From positions 1 to 19,461 of the IMG/VR virus record IMGVR_UViG_2671180427_000015: a stretch of DNA of 19,461 bases. The stretch is one strand, 5' to 3'. This DNA comes from a virus (Duplodnaviria > Heunggongvirae > Uroviricota > Caudoviricetes). The position numbers were made by a program, and so were the translations under genes. Below the pieces are notes generated by a model. It was given only the letters and a program-made list of their open reading frames with translations, was not told where the DNA came from and made no database searches. This document shows, piece after piece, positions 8,381 through 16,199 of this stretch. The first letter of the stretch is position 1. Each line of letters opens with the position of its first letter.

Positions 8381-9379
8381 TTGGAAATCAGCACGGCGGT
8401 TATTCATTCCGAAGAAGATGCTTTGCGTTTTGTTGAGATGTACATCGCTGGGCAAGATCTTCCTGATGGAATATCATTTGAAGGGTGGCCTAACTTAACC
8501 TTCCGTCTTACTGGTGACAAATTTCATGGCAGTTTGACTCCTTCTGTCATGAAGGGTTTTGTTGAAATGCAGGCCCAAATAAACCGAGCTTATGCATTGT
8601 TAAAGTACGGAGTTCCTGACCCAAGAAAGCTTTCAAAAGAAGAGAAGGAAGCTATCGAAATTCAGGTGAATGTTGAGAATGGCTCGTCCTTGATAGAAGT
8701 TAATATGGATGGGTTCATGGGTGAGGTTATACAAACTGCGGTGAGTAAAGTGGGCCCTCAAGAGATCGTTATTACAGTTTTAGGGGTCGCTCTTATATGG
8801 GGCGGCGTCGTCCTATTCAAAAAATACCTAGAAGACCGCAAAGAGATTCGCATGGCAGAAGTAAAAAGCGAGTCTGAGCGTGAACACCTTGCGACCATGC
8901 GCTTCATGTCTGAGCAGGAAACAAAACGAAGTGAATTATTGACTCAGATTATTAGCGAAAAACCCAAGCTAGACAACATGGAAAGACTTGCTCATGACGC
9001 AAAAACCGACATAGTTAAATCATTTGTCAAGGCTGATACAGCTCAGATTGATGGCGTTGTATTGGATGCAGATCTATCCAAAACCCTCACTACAAATGCA
9101 AGGCGGAAATCAATGGAGATCCGCCTTGATGGAAATTATCGCATTGAAAAGGTTGACTCCACTGATCCAGAGAGCTTCAAAGTGCAAGTGAGAAATGTTG
9201 ATTCCGATCTAAGAATATCGTGCATAGTACAAGATGTTTTTCTCGACGCATCCGAGCATAAAAAAGCTCTTCAGCAAGCTGAGTGGGATAGAAAACCAGT
9301 TCATTTGTCAATCAACGCAAAAGAACTAGATGGTGAAATAAAGTCCGCGATAATACTTTATGTCAAAGAGATAACATAA
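8381..9379 (+). CDS. Immunity-region cargo protein of unknown function with one central hydrophobic helix (in the position lambda uses for rexA-rexB)
   Basis: 332-aa ORF with TTG start 7 nt after AGAGG; AT-rich; 70 nt downstream of cI on the same strand and followed by an intrinsic terminator; hydrophobic segment IVITVLGVALIWGGVVLF mid-protein; no similarity to RexA/RexB that I can recognise. Confidence 0.6.
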   Translation: MEISTAVIHSEEDALRFVEMYIAGQDLPDGISFEGWPNLTFRLTGDKFHGSLTPSVMKGFVEMQAQINRAYALLKYGVPDPRKLSKEEKEAIEIQVNVENGSSLIEVNMDGFMGEVIQTAVSKVGPQEIVITVLGVALIWGGVVLFKKYLEDRKEIRMAEVKSESEREHLATMRFMSEQETKRSELLTQIISEKPKLDNMERLAHDAKTDIVKSFVKADTAQIDGVVLDADLSKTLTTNARRKSMEIRLDGNYRIEKVDSTDPESFKVQVRNVDSDLRISCIVQDVFLDASEHKKALQQAEWDRKPVHLSINAKELDGEIKSAIILYVKEIT

Positions 9380-9386
9380 TCCTCAT

Positions 9387-9412
9387 CCCGGCCTCAGCGC
9401 CGGGTTTTCTTT
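9387..9412 (+). terminator. Intrinsic terminator ending the cI-cargo transcription unit
   Basis: CCCGGC-CTCAGC-GCCGGG hairpin followed by TTTTCTTT, 8 nt after the ORF stop. Confidence 0.6.
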
Positions 9413-9601
9413 GCCTCACGATCGCTTCACCTAAAAACACATAACCAATTGTATTTATTTGAAAATAAATAGATACAACTCACTAAACCACGCAATTCTG
9501 ATCTCTCCTTACATCGCCGAGGCAATACACCCATGCTAAAAAACAATACTATTAAATACAAAGCGTTGTAAAAAACCACCTCGTTTTAAGAACAAATTGT
9601 A

Positions 9602-9630
9602 TTGATAAAGCAAAATACATATCGTACTAT
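9602..9630 (+). promoter_or_regulatory. pL-like promoter with overlapping operator
   Basis: TTGATA -17 nt- TACTAT; the element TACATATCGTA (9616..9626) matches the OR-type TAC-N5-GTA sites and overlaps the spacer/-10. Confidence 0.45.
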
Positions 9631-9676
9631 TTAACCATCAGCAGGACGCTGGAAGCCAAACGGAACAAACTGGCAG

Positions 9677-9722
9677 GCTCTTTAAACAACGTCGAACTCT
9701 CGACTACGTGGCTGAAAAGCCA
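9677..9722 (+). promoter_or_regulatory. nutL-like site (boxA plus boxB hairpin)
   Basis: GCTCTTTAAACAA (boxA-like) followed 19 nt later by TGGCTGAAAAGCCA (4-bp stem, TGAAAA loop), upstream of N. Confidence 0.5.
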
Positions 9723-9819
9723 GATCACCCAACCACATGAGCTGTGGGATGCAATGCCGAAGCAACCGTCTAGGAGTAGCTTCGAGATTGCATCGCCAAA
9801 GTTTATTCGGGAGGAATCT

Positions 9820-10092
9820 ATGTCCAGAAAAACAGAATTTAAAGGCACCGCAGCTTCTCGCCGTAGAGCTCGTCGCGCAAATCTGCAAAGTCAGGAGGCG
9901 ATTAGCTCCGACAAACTACACAGGCCAACCCCCTCACGAGTGGTCTTGCAATGCAAACGCAAACCAGCAATGAGAGCAGAAGTAATAACACTGACAACGT
10001 TGACCAGAAAATATGAAGGCTCAACTTGTCTTCCAAATGTAGCTCTTTACGCGGCAGGCTACAGGAAATCAAAACAACTGACAGCAAGGTGA
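9820..10092 (+). CDS. N: N-like transcription antiterminator (arginine-rich motif; not lambda N)
   Basis: 90 aa from ATG 9820 (GGGAGG upstream); N-terminal arginine-rich motif GTAASRRRARRANLQ; first gene after pL/nutL. C-terminus resembles what I recall of the P22 gene 24 product, but that recollection is unverified. Confidence 0.7.
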   Translation: MSRKTEFKGTAASRRRARRANLQSQEAISSDKLHRPTPSRVVLQCKRKPAMRAEVITLTTLTRKYEGSTCLPNVALYAAGYRKSKQLTAR

Positions 10093-10150
10093 CTTGTGTT
10101 GATCGCCAGAAAATGAAATTAGGCATCAAACCACTTATTTGAGGTGATAT

Positions 10151-10237
10151 ATGGAAGAAGAATTTGAAGAGTTCGAAGAGCATCCTCAGGATGTGATGGA
10201 ACAATACCAGGACTATCCTTATGACTACGACTATTGA
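10151..10237 (+). CDS. Small acidic protein, lambda orf28-like
   Basis: 28 codons (MEEEFEEFEEHPQDVMEQYQDYPYDYDY) with GAGGTG Shine-Dalgarno; overlaps the ral start as lambda orf28 does. Confidence 0.5.
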   Translation: MEEEFEEFEEHPQDVMEQYQDYPYDYDY

Positions 10238-10445
10238 TAAAAATCAATGGTGTGGACAATTCAAGCGATGCAATGGATGCAAGCTGCAATCGGAATGCAT
10301 GGTTAAGCCTGAAGAAATGTTTCCTGTAATGGAAGATGGGAAATATGTCGATAAATGGGCAATACGAACGACGGCAATGATTGCCAGAGAACTTGGTAAA
10401 CAGAACAACAAGGCTGCCTGGTGGTGGCCTTTATTTTTGGCATAA
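10221..10445 (+). CDS. ral: Ral restriction-alleviation protein
   Basis: First 66 aa match recalled lambda Ral (MTTTIDKNQWCGQFKRCNGCKLQSECM...); this ORF reads on for 8 more codons (WWWPLFLA) before the stop. Confidence 0.8.
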   Translation: MTTTIDKNQWCGQFKRCNGCKLQSECMVKPEEMFPVMEDGKYVDKWAIRTTAMIARELGKQNNKAAWWWPLFLA

Positions 10446-10603
10446 ACAACAGAATAAACACTGCACTGTGTATTCATTCCAACAAGTGAATACACGGAGC
10501 AATGTCGCTCGTAACCAAACAGGAGCCGACTTGTTCTGATTATTGGAAATCTTCTTTGCCCTCCAATATGAGGGCGATTTTTTATCTGTGAGGATATGAA
10601 CAG

Positions 10604-10972
10604 ATGTCAAACATCAAAAAATACATCATTGATTACGACTGGAAAGCATCAATAGAAATTGAAATCGACCATGACGTAATGACAGAGGAAAAACTTCACC
10701 AGATTAATAATTTCTGGTCAGACTCTGAATACCGACTCAATAAACACGGCTCTGTATTAAATGCTGTATTAATCATGCTGGCGCAACATGCTCTGCTTAT
10801 AGCAATTTCAAGCGACTTAAATGCATATGGTGTTGTGTGTGAGTTCGACTGGAATGATGGAAATGGTCAGGAAGGATGGCCTCCAATGGATGGTAGTGAA
10901 GGAATAAGAATTACCGATATCGATACATCAGAAATATTTGATTCAGATGATATGACTATCAAGGCCGCCTGA
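10604..10972 (+). CDS. ea10: Ea10 (Ssb)-like early protein
   Basis: 122-aa translation matches recalled lambda Ea10 in size, position (between ral and cIII) and sequence. Confidence 0.7.
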   Translation: MSNIKKYIIDYDWKASIEIEIDHDVMTEEKLHQINNFWSDSEYRLNKHGSVLNAVLIMLAQHALLIAISSDLNAYGVVCEFDWNDGNGQEGWPPMDGSEGIRITDIDTSEIFDSDDMTIKAA

Positions 10973-11044
10973 GCGCGGCGTTACCGCATACCAATTACGC
11001 TTCACTCGAGGCGTTTTTCGTTATGTATAAATAAGGAGCACACC

Positions 11045-11209
11045 ATGCAATATGCCATTGCAGGGTGGCCTGTTGCTGGCTGCCCTTCCGAATCTTTACT
11101 TGAACGAATCACCCGTAAATTACGTGACGGATGGAAACGCCTTATCGACATACTTAATCAGCCAGGAGTCCCAAAAAATGGATCAAACAATTATGGCTAT
11201 CCAGACTAA
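11045..11209 (+). CDS. cIII: CIII (FtsH/HflB protease inhibitor)
   Basis: 54-aa translation [54 protein letters not shown] with AAGGAG Shine-Dalgarno; not in the ORF track (<60 aa). Confidence 0.85.
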   Translation: MQYAIAGWPVAGCPSESLLERITRKLRDGWKRLIDILNQPGVPKNGSNNYGYPD

Positions 11210-11321
11210 ATTCACTATCGCCACTTTTATTGGCGATGAAAAGATGTTTCGTGAGGCCGTCGACGCTTATAAAAAATGGATATTAATACTGAAACTGAGA
11301 TCAAGCAAAAGCATTCACTAA
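11178..11321 (+). CDS. kil: Kil (host cell-division inhibitor)
   Basis: 47-aa translation [47 protein letters not shown], the in-frame 3' part of the 89-aa track ORF; overlaps the cIII 3' end as in lambda. Confidence 0.8.
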   Translation: MDQTIMAIQTKFTIATFIGDEKMFREAVDAYKKWILILKLRSSKSIH

Positions 11322-11396
11322 CCCCCTTTCCTGTTTTCCTAATCAGCCTGGCATTTCGCGGGCGATATTTTCACAGCCATTTTCAGGAGTTCAGCC

Positions 11397-11693
11397 ATGA
11401 ACGCTTATTACATTCAGGATCGTCTTGAGGCTCAGAGCTGGGCGCGTCACTACCAGCAGATCGCCCGTGAAGAGAAAGAGGCAGAACTGGCAGACGACAT
11501 GGAAAAAGGCCTGCCCCAGCACCTGTTTGAATCGCTATGCATCGATCATTTACAACGCCACGGGGCCAGCAAAAAAGCCATTACCCGTGCGTTTGATGAC
11601 GATGTTGAGTTTCAGGAGCGCATGGCAGAACACATCCGGTACATAGTTGAAACCATTGCTCACCATCAGGCTGATATTGATTCAGAGGTATAA
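11397..11693 (+). CDS. gam: Gam (RecBCD inhibitor)
   Basis: 98-aa translation matches recalled lambda GamS; CAGGAG Shine-Dalgarno. Confidence 0.9.
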   Translation: MNAYYIQDRLEAQSWARHYQQIAREEKEAELADDMEKGLPQHLFESLCIDHLQRHGASKKAITRAFDDDVEFQERMAEHIRYIVETIAHHQADIDSEV

Positions 11694-11698
11694 AACGG

Positions 11699-12484
11699 AT
11701 GAGTACAGCACTCGCAACGCTGGCAGGGAAGCTGGCTGAACGTGTCGGCATGGATTCTGTCGACCCACAGGAACTGATCACCACTCTTCGCCAGACGGCA
11801 TTTAAAGGTGATGCCAGCGATGCGCAGTTCATCGCATTGCTGATCGTCGCCAACCAGTACGGCCTTAATCCGTGGACGAAAGAAATTTACGCCTTCCCTG
11901 ATAAGCAGAACGGCATTGTTCCGGTGGTGGGCGTTGATGGCTGGTCCCGCATCATCAATGAAAACCAGCAGTTTGATGGCATGGACTTTGAGCAGGACAA
12001 TGAATCCTGTACATGCCGGATTTACCGCAAGGACCGCAATCATCCGATCTGCGTTACCGAGTGGATGGATGAATGCCGCCGCGAACCATTCAAAACCCGC
12101 GAAAGCAGAGAAATCACGGGGCCGTGGCAGTCGCATCCCAAACGGATGTTACGGCATAAAGCCATGATTCAGTGTGCCCGTCTCGCCTTCGGATTTGCTG
12201 GTATCTATGACAAGGATGAAGCCGAGCGCATTGTCGAAAATACCGCATACACTGCAGAACGTCAGCCGGAACGCGACATCACTCCGGTTAACGATGAAAC
12301 CATGCAGGAGATTAACACTCTGCTGATTGCCCTGGATAAAACATGGGATGACGACTTATTGCCGCTCTGTTCCCAGATATTTCGCCGCGACATTCGCGCA
12401 TCGTCAGAACTGACACAGGCCGAAGCAGTGAAAGCTCTTGGATTCCTGAAACAGAAAGCCACTGAGCAGAAGGTGGCTGCATGA
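11699..12484 (+). CDS. bet: Bet (Red-beta single-strand annealing protein)
   Basis: 261-aa translation matches recalled lambda Bet throughout. Confidence 0.95.
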   Translation: MSTALATLAGKLAERVGMDSVDPQELITTLRQTAFKGDASDAQFIALLIVANQYGLNPWTKEIYAFPDKQNGIVPVVGVDGWSRIINENQQFDGMDFEQDNESCTCRIYRKDRNHPICVTEWMDECRREPFKTRESREITGPWQSHPKRMLRHKAMIQCARLAFGFAGIYDKDEAERIVENTAYTAERQPERDITPVNDETMQEINTLLIALDKTWDDDLLPLCSQIFRRDIRASSELTQAEAVKALGFLKQKATEQKVAA

Positions 12485-13161
12485 CACCGGACATTATCCT
12501 GCAGCGTACCGGAATCGACGTGAGAGCTGTCGAACAGGGGGATGATGCGTGGCACAAATTACGGCTCGGCGTCATCACCGCTTCAGAAGTTCACAATGTG
12601 ATAGCAAAGCCCCGCTCAGGAAAGAAGTGGCCTGACATGAAAATGTCCTACTTCCACACCCTGCTGGCTGAGGTTTGCACCGGTGTGGCTCCGGAAGTTA
12701 ATGCTAAGGCGCTGGCCTGGGGAAAACAGTACGAGAACGACGCCAGAGCCCTGTTTGAGTTCACTTCCGGCGTGAATGTTACTGAATCCCCGATCATCTA
12801 TCGCGACGAAAGTATGCGCACCGCCTGCTCTCCCGATGGTTTATGCAGTGACGGCAACGGCCTTGAACTGAAATGCCCGTTTACCTCCCGGGATTTCATG
12901 AAATTCCGGCTCGGTGGTTTCGAGGCCATAAAGTCGGCTTACATGGCCCAGGTGCAGTACAGCATGTGGGTAACGCGAAAAGATGCCTGGTACTTTGCCA
13001 ACTATGACCCACGAATGAAGCGTGAAGGCCTGCATTATGTCGTGGTTGAGCGGGATGAAAATTACATGGCGAGTTTTGACGAGATGGTGCCGGAGTTCAT
13101 CGAAAAAATGGACGAGGCACTGGCTGAAATTGGTTTTGCATTTGGGGAGCAATGGCGATGA
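12481..13161 (+). CDS. exo: Exo (Red-alpha 5'-3' exonuclease)
   Basis: 226-aa translation matches recalled lambda Exo; 4-nt overlap with bet. Confidence 0.95.
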   Translation: MTPDIILQRTGIDVRAVEQGDDAWHKLRLGVITASEVHNVIAKPRSGKKWPDMKMSYFHTLLAEVCTGVAPEVNAKALAWGKQYENDARALFEFTSGVNVTESPIIYRDESMRTACSPDGLCSDGNGLELKCPFTSRDFMKFRLGGFEAIKSAYMAQVQYSMWVTRKDAWYFANYDPRMKREGLHYVVVERDENYMASFDEMVPEFIEKMDEALAEIGFAFGEQWR

Positions 13162-13340
13162 AGCATCCTCACGATAATATCCGGGTAGGCACGATCACTT
13201 TCGTCTACTCCGTTACAAAGCGAGGCTGGGTATTTCCCGGCCTTTCTGTTATCCGAAATCCCCTGAAAGCACAGCGGCTGGCTGAGGAGATAAATAATAA
13301 ACGAGGGGCTGTATGCACAAAGCATCTCCTGTTGAGTTAA
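13158..13340 (+). CDS. orf60a: orf60a-like protein
   Basis: 60 aa from the second in-frame ATG (ATGA overlap with exo stop); matches recalled lambda orf60a. Confidence 0.6.
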   Translation: MKHPHDNIRVGTITFVYSVTKRGWVFPGLSVIRNPLKAQRLAEEINNKRGAVCTKHLLLS

Positions 13341-13504
13341 GAACGAGCATTGAGATGGCACATAGCCTTGCTCAAATTGGAGTCAGGTTTGTGCCAATAC
13401 CAGTAGAAACAGACGAAGAATTTCATACGTTAGCCACATCCCTTTCACAAAAGCTGGAAATGATGGTGGCGAAAGCAGAAGCAGATGAGAGAGACCAGGT
13501 ATGA
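13313..13504 (+). CDS. orf63: orf63-like protein
   Basis: 63-aa ORF in the lambda orf63 position; sequence consistent with recollection. Confidence 0.6.
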   Translation: MHKASPVELRTSIEMAHSLAQIGVRFVPIPVETDEEFHTLATSLSQKLEMMVAKAEADERDQV

Positions 13505-13580
13505 CAACCACGGAATGCATTTTTCTGGCAGCGGGCTTCATATTCTGTGTGCTTATGCTTGCCGACATGGGACTTGTTCA

Positions 13581-13796
13581 ATGACACCTCAGCAGGAAAA
13601 CGCCCTTCGCAGCATTGCCCGTCAGGCTAATTCTGAAATCAAAAAAGCCAGACAGCAGTTTCCGGATAAAAACGTCGATGACATTTGCCGTAGCGTACTG
13701 AAGAAGCACCGCGAAACGGTAACGCTGATGGGATTCACACCGACTCATTTAAGCCTGGCAATCGGCATGTTAAACGGCGTCTTTAAGGAACGATGA
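13581..13796 (+). CDS. orf61: orf61-like protein
   Basis: 71 aa from MTPQQENALRSIARQANSEIKKARQQF...; placed at the internal ATG, which overlaps (ATGA) the stop of a 27-codon upstream ORF. Confidence 0.55.
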   Translation: MTPQQENALRSIARQANSEIKKARQQFPDKNVDDICRSVLKKHRETVTLMGFTPTHLSLAIGMLNGVFKER

Positions 13797-13817
13797 ACAT
13801 GAAAAGCAAAATCATCA

Positions 13818-13842
13818 GGGAGCTACAGGCTCCTTTTTTATT
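13818..13842 (+). terminator. Intrinsic terminator (tL-type) after orf61-like
   Basis: GGGAGC-TACAG-GCTCC(U) hairpin followed by TTTTTTATT. Confidence 0.55.
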
Positions 13843-13894
13843 ATTCGCATTCACCCTCAAGCGTATTAACCAACAATTCAGGGATTAATGGAAG

Positions 13895-14116
13895 ATGGCA
13901 GACATCATTGATTCAGCATCAGAAATTGAAGAATTACAGCGCAACACAGCAATAAAAATGCGCCGCCTGAACCACCAGGCTATATCTGCCACTCATTGTT
14001 GTGAGTGTGGCGATCCGATAGATGAACGAAGACGCCTGGTCGTTCAGGGTTGTCGGACTTGTGCAAGTTGCCAGGAGGATCTGGAGCTTATCAGTAAACA
14101 GAGAGGTTCGAAGTGA
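13895..14116 (+). CDS. TraR/DksA-family C4 zinc-finger protein
   Basis: 73 aa with two CxxC pairs (CCECG...CRTCASC) in the spacing typical of the TraR/DksA zinc finger. Confidence 0.65.
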   Translation: MADIIDSASEIEELQRNTAIKMRRLNHQAISATHCCECGDPIDERRRLVVQGCRTCASCQEDLELISKQRGSK

Positions 14117-14520
14117 GCGAAATTAACTCTCAGGCACTGCGTGAAGCGGCAGAGAAAGCCGGTGAAGATAAGTGGCAGGCTAAAAAAATAAATGGTGATT
14201 TTTTCGTTATTCGTCACGGTAGTTATACAAGACAGCATGGCTACACATCGTATCAACCCATTGCGGAGATTGATTGTAAGCCAGTCCGGGATTTTGTTGC
14301 CAAGGCTAATCCGGCTACCGTGCTGGAATTACTGGATGAACTGGAAGCAGCAAAAAAGCGCATTGCAGAACTGGAAGCGCGGGAAATACTGCTCCCGGAA
14401 CGTAGCAGCATGCTTCATCGAACAGATTTTCACGATGATTACCAAACGGTAATGGCATACAAAGTTTCTGAAGTCATCGATGCAATCCGCGCTACTGGCA
14501 TTCGCATCAAAGGAGAGTGA
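14113..14520 (+). CDS. Ea22-like protein (shorter than lambda Ea22)
   Basis: GTG start in a GTGA overlap with the upstream stop, GAGAGG Shine-Dalgarno; N-terminus MSEINSQALREAAEKA... and C-terminus ...GIRIKGE agree with recalled lambda Ea22 termini; central coiled-coil-like LELLDELEAAKKRIAELEARE. Confidence 0.6.
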   Translation: MSEINSQALREAAEKAGEDKWQAKKINGDFFVIRHGSYTRQHGYTSYQPIAEIDCKPVRDFVAKANPATVLELLDELEAAKKRIAELEAREILLPERSSMLHRTDFHDDYQTVMAYKVSEVIDAIRATGIRIKGE

Positions 14521-14521
14521 G

Positions 14522-15277
14522 ATGATTCACTACCACGGTGGGCCTATTACTCCTGATACGTGCGCAATGAGAGCATGGAAAGGGCGACATGCGTTTATCA
14601 GTTTTGCGCATTCAGGCCAGATCAATCTCGCGGCTGAATACTGTCAGTCGTTCGCGCTGGACAACGGTGCATTCACCGCCTGGAAAGCAGCTGGCAAAAA
14701 CAAAATCGACTGGAGCGATTACTACGAGTTTGTTGCTCGCTGGAAGAATCACCCAGGATTCGATTTTGCCATTATCCCGGATATTATTGATGGCGGAGAG
14801 GAGGAAAATGATGCGCTTCTGAATGAGTGGCCTCACGGAAAACTAGCTGGCGTTCCAGTGTGGCACATGAATGAAAGTGACGCGCGATTTATTCATTTGT
14901 GCAATGAGTTTCCGCGAGTGGCTATCGGTAGTTGTGGCGACTATGACGTAAAGCGCCCAACTCTTGCGGTAGCCAGAATGAAAGACCTGATTCGTCACAT
15001 TGTTGATGGGCATGGTCAGCCGGTTACGAAACTACATGGATTGCGCATGTTAAATCCGCTGATATTCACAAAATTACCCTTAGCCAGCGCAGATAGTACG
15101 AACGTCGCTCGAAACATCGGTATTGATAAAGCCTGGTCTGGGGCTTATGCACCTGCAAGTAAAGAGACACGCGCAGCATTAATGGTAGAACGGATTGAGG
15201 CACACAATAGCCCTGGTTCTCTTGCGTATTGTGAACAACGCGACCGCTTTGAAATGCAATTGCAACTAGCAGTTTAA
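14522..15277 (+). CDS. Candidate queuine tRNA-ribosyltransferase-fold protein (DpdA-like 7-deazaguanine DNA transglycosylase candidate)
   Basis: 251 aa from ATG 14522 (AGGAG 6 nt upstream). Five collinear segments resemble recalled E. coli Tgt motifs: LDNGAF (TDSGGF), FAIIPD (MIFDEC), VAIGS (YAVGG), LHGLRML (YLMGVG), ADSTNVARN (FDCVMPTRNARN). No zinc-binding C-terminal subdomain. Functional call unverified. Confidence 0.5.
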   Translation: MIHYHGGPITPDTCAMRAWKGRHAFISFAHSGQINLAAEYCQSFALDNGAFTAWKAAGKNKIDWSDYYEFVARWKNHPGFDFAIIPDIIDGGEEENDALLNEWPHGKLAGVPVWHMNESDARFIHLCNEFPRVAIGSCGDYDVKRPTLAVARMKDLIRHIVDGHGQPVTKLHGLRMLNPLIFTKLPLASADSTNVARNIGIDKAWSGAYAPASKETRAALMVERIEAHNSPGSLAYCEQRDRFEMQLQLAV

Positions 15278-15287
15278 GGACTAACAA

Positions 15288-16085
15288 ATGACCACTATTA
15301 CCAAAGAACGTATTGAATTGTTCATTAAAAATCCGCTTGAAAACGGGCTTACTCGTGGCGAACAAATGGAACTGGCACGAATTGCACTGGCATCACTGGA
15401 ACGCGAACTGATTCGCCACGAGCATGCCAAATGGTCTGACTCCACATTTGGCTGCGTTGGCCCCATTGGTCCACTGAAACACCTCTCAAAAGAGGCTCTG
15501 GAAGCCGCAGCCGAACCAGACGATCTCAGCTAGTGGGCTGATATGCATTTCCTGTTGTGGGATGCACAGCGCCGTGCTGGCATCAGCGATGCTGAAATTA
15601 CCGCTGCTATGGAAGATAAATTGAAGATCAACATGGAGCGCCAGTGGCCTGAACCAAAAGATGGTGAGCCTCGCTTGCACATTAAAGAACCCGGCAACTC
15701 TCCGGTAATTCCGGATGGTTTATCCACGGTATGCGCTGAGGCTTATCAGGTTGTAGGAGTTATGGCAGATGCGCTTGGTGTATTCGGTGATGCAGCAGTA
15801 CAGAAAGTTCTGGATAACCTGTCACAGCAAAAACTTGTTCACAGAGATGTGCTGCCGTTCTCGCTTCCGGTGACTCCGGATGGTTGGATAAGCTGTAGTG
15901 AGCGAATGCCGAAAGAAACGGGTGACATTATTGTTGTTTCGGATGGCATTGTAATGTCCGGGATTTCTTATTCTCGTCGTGACGGGTTCTATATAGCCGC
16001 ATTGGAGTACGACGACGATGAGCCAATTGGCGGTGTAACCCACTGGATGCCTCTACCAGAACCGCCTCGATTAAAGGAGCTATAA
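15288..16085 (+). pseudogene. MazG-like NTP pyrophosphohydrolase / DUF551 reading frame interrupted by an in-frame amber codon (TAG 15531..15533)
   Basis: Track ORFs 15288..15533 and 15543..16085 are in the same frame, separated by TAG plus three sense codons; a MazG-like helix pattern (...EALEAAAEPDDLS * WADMHFLLWDAQRRAGISDAEITAAMEDKLKINMERQW) spans the stop; C-terminal ...HWMPLPEPP is DUF551-like. No convincing Shine-Dalgarno before the downstream ATG. Confidence 0.5.
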
Positions 16086-16199
16086 TAGTGAACTATTATA
16101 TCTATTTGTATTAAAAGAGTTTTTATAAAATAAATCTCCCAAAGCATGTAAAAACACTGTTAATCTTAACGTGTGTGAAACGTGAAGAGAGGTGTTGAA

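Noticed and set aside
9754-9819. Upstream extension of N to ATG 9754 (track ORF, 112 aa)
   Set aside because: ATG 9820 is preceded by GGGAGG and puts the arginine-rich motif near the N-terminus as in N proteins; the extension would begin just 32 nt after the nutL hairpin.
9627-10495. ORFs 9627..9848 (-), 9682..9888 (-), 9737..9973 (+), 9902..10204 (-), 10244..10495 (-)
   Set aside because: Overlap pL/nutL, N and ral in other frames or antisense; no start signals.
10468-10496. Inverted repeat GTGTATTCA-N10-TGAATACAC between ral and ea10 as a terminator
   Set aside because: Nine-bp stem but a 10-nt loop and no following T-run; could be a processing or binding site, but there is not enough to call a terminator.
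11052-11177. 5' part of the 89-aa track ORF 11052..11321
   Set aside because: It is an out-of-frame read through cIII; the real gene in this frame is kil, starting at ATG 11178.
11581-12578. Minus-strand ORFs (11581..11853, 11666..12136, 12262..12555, 12312..12578) antisense to gam, bet and exo
   Set aside because: They lie entirely inside strongly supported lambda-like genes on the opposite strand, with no ribosome-binding sites; typical antisense open frames in GC-richer coding DNA.
14480-14521. Start of the 265-aa track ORF at 14480
   Set aside because: ATG 14522 has an AGGAG Shine-Dalgarno and immediately follows the upstream gene's stop; the earlier ATG lies within the upstream gene.
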